From assembly GCA_905178155.1 (NCBI GenBank), contig CAJINV010000003.1:2623065-2687064 (forward strand): DNA of 64,000 nt, given 5' to 3'. This DNA comes from Amoebophrya sp. A120. Its lineage: Eukaryota; Protista; Dinoflagellata. Shown one piece after another: positions 58,365 through 64,000 of the stretch. The position numbers and the translations under genes are program-made. Position 1 is the first letter of the stretch; each line of letters starts with the position of its first letter. The notes under the pieces are model-generated. The model ran no database searches. It had not been told where the DNA came from and saw only the letters and a program-made list of their open reading frames with translations.

Positions 58365-59038
58365 GTCTTTTTGGGTTTTTTCTTCGCGTCATGGGTTATA
58401 CTTATATTCAATCTTCGATTTCAATATACCGGCGGAGACAGGAGTAAATCAAATTGAAGTGGAGGAAAGCGCTGATAGATCGGTCTGTGCGATTGTTGAA
58501 TGATGGTGCGATGTTCGGTATCTTTCACTATGCAACTGCAATGTAATTCTGGTCACTTCTACAGTGTCGGAGATCATCAGACGCAAACAAAGTCCATGCT
58601 TAAGTAATACTAGAGGCGCGCAGCAAAACGCACCGTGTACGTTCTGAAGAGTGAATCAAGCACGACGATAGCAGGAAACATGCGGGGCGTGGACACAGCC
58701 ACTACTCTACCTGTCTTGCTGAGCTACTTGGGTCTTCGCTAAAACGCTATGTGCGTATCACGACTTTAGACGACGACAACGACGAGATTATCAGCATGTT
58801 CTTATATTACACAACATAAAATTTGCGGCAGCCGATTGGTTTTGCGTATCAACCAAATATTGCAGACTTCGTTTTCTCGTTCCTCTTCCTGCCTGATGAA
58901 GTGAAAGAAAAATGAGAGGTTTACTGCGATCATGTAGAGCCGCCAGCTCCACAGCTACAAAGCGAGGAGGGCCTGTATGCATTTTATACAGAATCAGCCA
59001 GAGATAGATCATCCTTTGGATGATCGTAGGCTTCCAGT

Positions 59039-59144
59039 GGGAAGCCGTCTTCACCGGAAGGGCATGAGCGCCCGCGATGGGGCACCCCGCCGGGAAGCCG
59101 TCTTCACCGGAAGGGCATGAGCGCCCGCGATGGGGCACCCCGCC
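59039..59144. repeat. Perfect tandem duplication, 2 x 53 bp
   Basis: gggaagccgtcttcaccggaagggcatgagcgcccgcgatggggcaccccgcc at 59039 and 59092. Confidence 0.9.
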
Positions 59145-61055
59145 ACCGCCGAAGGAGCCACGCGCCGAAGCAACCCCAAAGAACCCGCAGGAAGCGAAGC
59201 GACCCAGCGATGAATTTGGGGGACAACACGCCCCATCGAAAAGGCCGCGGAGCCCTGGAAGGCGGGAAAGAAACATAAGTCCAAGCCAAAAAAACACAGT
59301 GAGCACCGTAAAGCGGGATCGGAAGTTTTCCTCAGCCTGCAAGGCAGGCGATATAGCCGAAACCCGTAGCACCCCCAAAACAACGCGCAATCAATGGCGC
59401 CAAAGACGCGAAATAGCGCCGACCTTGGTCGTTTTATCCGTGACCTTTCTCGCAACGTAAAACTGGCAAAGGCCAGACACGCAAAGCCCTATGGGAGCTC
59501 AAAAACCTCAACGGAATACAACAAGCCCCCGGCTTTTCTTATCCCAGTCTCCCCCTCTGCAAGGGTAACGGATTGGGCTCGGAGCCCGTTTACCGCCAGT
59601 GCCAAACAGCCGAGAAAGGTCAGGATAAAAACAACCAAGGTCATTGAGACTGGCCGCGAGATGAAACCAAATATAAAAAGAGCAAAAGCCCAAAATCAGC
59701 GACCGAACGGGTCACCGGCGCGGAAAATAATAAGACCAGCCCGGGTTTAATTTCAAACCCACAGCACCAGAAAAAGCAAATCAGGCTGCCGGCCCCGGGC
59801 AAGCTACCCGGTTTGAAATTGGTGTAAAAAAGCACTAATCTAAAAGCGGGAAGGGGGCAAAAGAAGCGCGCCAAAGTGCCGGCGCGAATGGCCAGGGGGA
59901 AGGCGCGGCGCGTGGTCCAAACAGACAGGGGGCGAGCGCAGGCATTGGCCGTGGGCCCACGAGGACAGCCAAGGCCACACGCCTGTGGGCCCATCGCGCC
60001 CCCGGCTTCTGCACCAGATCACGAAGCGGAAACAGGACCCGGCAAAGGAATGGGAAAAACCAAGCCCCCCACGGGGCCCTGTCTACCGTGTGCAACACAT
60101 TGGGCGGCGTTGGCATAACACAAACCGGAAACCAAGCACAAACCTTGCCGAAGATCAAAAGAAACCACTGCAAGTGGCCCGCAGGCTGCGCCAAAAAGGC
60201 CTACACCCTAAAAATTCCGCCCAAAAACAAAACCCTGGGCCCCCCCGGTTTCTTGGCAACCCACACCCAAAACACTGCGACTTTTGCGCTTTCCCCAAAT
60301 TGGGTTTCCGCTGGGATTATTGTGTTAATTTGCGTTTTAAATTTTTTTTAATTTGTGGTTTAATTTTGCATTAAAATTTGCATTAATTTATGGGAGGCGC
60401 GATTTCCCTCATGTTTCGCCTTGTTTTGAAATTAATGCAAATTTTATTGCAATTTTTATTGCATAGATTATTGCAAAAGTTATTGCAGAGGTCAGGCCGC
60501 GGGACCATGCGAAAAAAGTCGCAAGTCCTGCCGCCCCCTCTGCAAAAACCCTCGACCCCCGTTGGCTCACAAGAGCGCCGCTTCCAGCAAAGGGCCACGC
60601 GCTTGGCCGGGGCCGGCTCCCAATGTCTCGGCGGGCGACGTCCTACCCCCTGAAGCCCCGGGGGAAGAGCCGCGGCAAAATCAAGCCCCCGGGCCGAGCA
60701 ACACGACCACGAAAACACCGCCCGAGAAACAACCCGACAAGGCCCGCCCCCGGCGAGAAGCCGGGGAACTTCGGCACGGCGCAGGGCAGGGCTACACCCT
60801 CGCAATGGGCACGGAACCCAAACACGGCACCCGCGGGCCACACACCAAAAGAGCAGGGCTTCCGGGCAAAGTTTCCCCCCCCGCGGACTCCGCGCGACGC
60901 TCTTCGGGAATTCCGGCAAAGCCAACCCCTGGCCAGCCAATGCCCAAAACCAACGAGACGAAACCCGGCCCCGCTTTTACATTAATGCTGTTTTACGCTG
61001 ATTTTATTGGCCCGAATTTGCCCGGGGCTGGCTGACTGAAGCAAAGCCAGAAACT

Positions 61056-61511
61056 GTGGCCGAAATGGGTCAGGGCTTGCAGACAAACCATCCGGCCAGG
61101 GTTTCATCTTAACCCTGTGTCGCCGAACAATCTCAATAAAACATCTGGCCAGGGTTTAATCTCAACCCTGTCTCACCAGATAAAACAAAGCCCGGAATCA
61201 GTGACCGAAACGGGTCACCGGGGCGGAAAATAACAAGTCTGGCCGGGGTATAATTCCAACCCCGTCTCACCAGACAAAGCGAAGCCAGAATCGCTGACCG
61301 AAACGGGTCAGGGCTCGCAATAATACGTCCAGCCGGGGTATAATTTCAACCCCGTCTCACCGGACAAAATCGATAAACCATCTGGCCAGGGTCTAATCTC
61401 AACCCTGTCTCACCAGATAGAATAAAGCCCCTAATCAGTGACCGAAACGGGTCACCGGGGCGGAAAATAAAGTCTGGCCGGGGTTTAATTTCAACCCCGT
61501 CTCGCCAGACA
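61056..61511. repeat. Higher-order hairpin repeat array (~2 x 238 bp; six 37-bp stem-loop monomers plus four tgaccgaaacgggtca-type hairpins)
   Basis: Monomers tctggccRgggtNtaatYtcaacccYgtctcaccaga at ~61091, 61144, 61238, 61328, 61381, 61473; degenerate copy at ~59690-59770. Confidence 0.85.
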
Positions 61512-61726
61512 ATAATACTCCTCACTACCATGGCAGGGGCGTGACTCCCTGGGACCTGAGAATAATAGAAATACAGACGGAAATAGAATCTCACAAGCGA
61601 AATGGCTTGCCGTCTCTTAATTGGGGGAATGTTCTCAGGTCCTGGCTACCAATGGCCGAAGGGCTGGGGTCTGTATAAAATACCGACCGACCAGCCTCAG
61701 CCTAGACTCACAGGCTCGCTAGACTT

Positions 61727-63147
61727 CTACTGCCCGGTCATACATTTAACAATTACGAAGAGGACGAAAAACACCACCGCGGTGATTTTGAATCCGTGAG
61801 CAGCCCAGTAGAGCCCCAGAAGCTGCTCGATTATGGCGTTCTCAACTGTTAAACTCTCAACTGTTGCATGATTTGCCATGCAAATTTACCACCAAGAGCG
61901 CCACGATTACGCTGCTTCGCCTTCGCGTGACAAATATCTAAACAGCATCGAAATCCAGATGTGTTACGCAGAAGGCGCAATCTTCCCCCTTTCTTTTCAC
62001 TTTCGCCGCTCTTGCATTACAAATTAGCGCTACAGTTGAGAATGTAACATTGGAGAACGCCATATGGATGTACTCTATGTTCTGTTTCGCGGAAAGTTTG
62101 GATTCCCCGTGCAGCCGCTCCTGGAACATGATTGGCACGTCCTGGACCGAACACCGACAGCGTGCCATGATTTCCAGCCCAATCTTGAACCCGATCGGAT
62201 TAATTTGGTCGATGCCACGCTGCAGCGTGCCTTTCCGCACGCAGAAGAACCCGCTCATGGGATCTCTCGAGCTACACAACCCCCACGCGAGCGCTGTTGC
62301 CCCCAAACCTGTTTTTGAATGCAGTTGTCATATTACATGGGGACCAGAAGCGAAGCGGAAGTATACTGCAAAGAAGGCTTTCCTGCATCTGTATATTGCA
62401 ATTGTTCCAAGTACGTAGCAGTGAGCGACAAGCGCATTACTCAAAACTTGCCGCTTGACGCTCCAATTGAATGCGATGCCACCCTGCTTCATATAGCGGC
62501 AGCCAACTGTGAAATCAACTTTGCGGTCCAGAACCGGGGCCGCTACTGCTGGGACTGACTCTGGCTCGTGTTGCAGATCGGCGTCCATGGCTGTATGTAT
62601 GAGTTGGATGTCGAGGATTGATCTTGGGTTTCCACCATCATTCGGTGTTGTTTTTTACTACATGCGGTGCACGCGGCATGTGCCCGAAACAGATACTACC
62701 TTGTAACGCGATACCAAAGTCAAACAAAAACAAAAAAAGTGCATTAGATCACGAGCAGGATATGTAGTCACAACAGTGAGGTCGTAGAAAGCAAGCCGTG
62801 ACGCGGCACCAGTTGTAGTTACAGTTAGTACATAGCATCACGTCATATTTCGCTTTCTGGAAACCCAGCATGACTGCGGAAGACAAACCCCGTCCCTCTG
62901 ATCGGTAACGCCTGTGAATTCGTATGGGATACTTTTTGGCCGCCAGATCCGTGACCAGTTTCTCCGTCTCCTCTGAGCCAGCCGACTCGTCGTCCACAAG
63001 CAGCAGCTCTGCCGGAAGCTCGGGGAGCTCCTTGCGCAACGTCGCGAACAATCTTTCGCACAATGGCACCACGTTCTCCACCTCGTTGTACGTCGGAATC
63101 ACTACGGAAAGCCCGTTCACAACCGCAACAGAGGAAGAACTCGACAT
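61727..63147 (-). CDS. DPM1: Dolichol-phosphate mannose synthase (yeast-type, C-terminal TM); 2 GT-AG introns + 1 introner
   Basis: LSVVIPTYNEVENV, LLVDDES, GRGLSSAVMLGF, MDADLQHEPE, DPMSGFF, GFKIGLEI, FQERLHGESKL, EYI|QQLLGLYW + TM. Confidence 0.92.
61832..62064. mobile_element. Introner, family F (233 bp)
   Basis: TIR tatggcgttctc.a.tgtta.a.tctcaactgt; TSD tcgat/tggat. Confidence 0.9.
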
Positions 63148-64000
63148 ATTCACGGAAGTAGTCAGTGGCTCTGCCAAGAGACGGGAAAAAGCCAAGCGAG
63201 TCCGAGTGTCCAAAATCCGCTCAATCAAAAACAACTACGCCGCACTCGGTTTCAATTGGTAGATCTTTATCGCTGACGTGACATGGGCTCGGGCTCAATT
63301 TTTTTTGTATTGCAGGTTGCTACAGCCAAAAAGCAAAAAAAACTTACTTACAAGATCATTGATCATGGATACAGAAGACGAAGAGTGAGCGTCAAACTCT
63401 CGTATAGTGGAAACTACGCTTGATGATCGCGACTTTCGTTTCCAGATCGGCGCTGAAAGACTGAGCTGCAACGCATATGCAAAACACGTCCCGTAGGTTA
63501 ACTGAGCAAAACTGCATGTCTGATGTGGATCTCAAGTGCTGTCTGAAAGCGAGATGTCGCTGATACGGTGATCGGTGCTGGTTCGGTCTTCCTTTGCGTT
63601 TGGAAACGACTGCTTTTGAGCTTGTCTGCCAAAAAAAGTGTCTTCATCAACATTCGTAAAGTAAGCTGAAAAGATTTGGGATGATCAGCACGTTGAAGAG
63701 ATTTGCTCCAATGGAAACAACTACAGGAGCACGACGGTCCAGTGCACCGGCACGCTTGTGAGAATAACGTGTGCCATCTCTGGTGTTGCTTTGGTTTGCC
63801 GAATCGCTCAACTTGTGTGTCATCGTTCACGGTTGTCTTGTCCATCCAGCATCGGCACTTTTCGATTCGGAACCAAAATTGCGTCAAGAACTGTTCTCCA
63901 AAAACGCACTTGTACAAAAAACGATTAAAGTCAAAGAGATAATACCGTAATGGATTGTCACTATAAGCACTTGAACTAAAGTAGAAAAACAAAGTACGTT

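Noticed and set aside
61056-61511. Possible CRISPR array (37-bp palindromic repeats)
   Set aside because: Spacers are irregular in length and repeat each other; no cas genes; eukaryotic context
61515-61560. actaccatggcagggg resembles the 5' end of U1 snRNA
   Set aside because: The ACTTACCTG box is imperfect and no U1-70K loop, U1A loop or Sm site follows
2695-62064. Recurring ORF-track peptides such as SNVKMSGSG, FQTQTFLHL and RKNPPSPY
   Set aside because: They are translations of introner TIRs, not a protein domain; no transposase ORF is recognisable in the window
2695-62064. Nucleosome-quantised element lengths
   Set aside because: Lengths cluster by family (about 155, 260, 310-320 bp) but fill the range 150-373 bp; 30 elements are too few to support periodicity
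264-63942. Numerous plus-strand ORFs of 100-314 aa
   Set aside because: Mostly antisense shadows of GC-rich minus-strand genes; none shows a recognisable motif

Overview
Gene-dense eukaryotic DNA, most likely from the parasitic dinoflagellate-lineage genus Amoebophrya (Syndiniales). This assignment is inferred from one-strand gene clustering and the many inverted-repeat, non-canonical introns. All ~14 recognisable genes are on the minus strand: a large hypothetical protein, a PDZ-like protein, another hypothetical, a PGPGAY/SHIPPO-repeat protein, an Obg GTPase, PIH1D3/DNAAF6, a giant Aurora-like kinase, a cold-shock-domain protein, a hypothetical, a prolyl 4-hydroxylase, a Zn-finger protein, Vms1/ANKZF1, a membrane protein and DPM1. 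The dominant structure is 29 clear (plus 1 decayed) MITE-like introner elements of 150-373 bp in about 11 terminal-inverted-repeat (TIR) families. Nearly all have TA(T)...(A)TA termini, all have a 5-bp target-site duplication (TSD), and all sit inside coding sequence. Removing the element plus one TSD copy restores the reading frame at every junction I translated. Close relatives occur in both orientations relative to transcription, and unrelated families share an internal TGTNWTGC motif, often ~32 bp apart. A ~2.5-kb non-coding island at 59.0-61.5 kb carries a covarying hairpin array. All coordinates were derived by hand and may be off by 1-2 bp.
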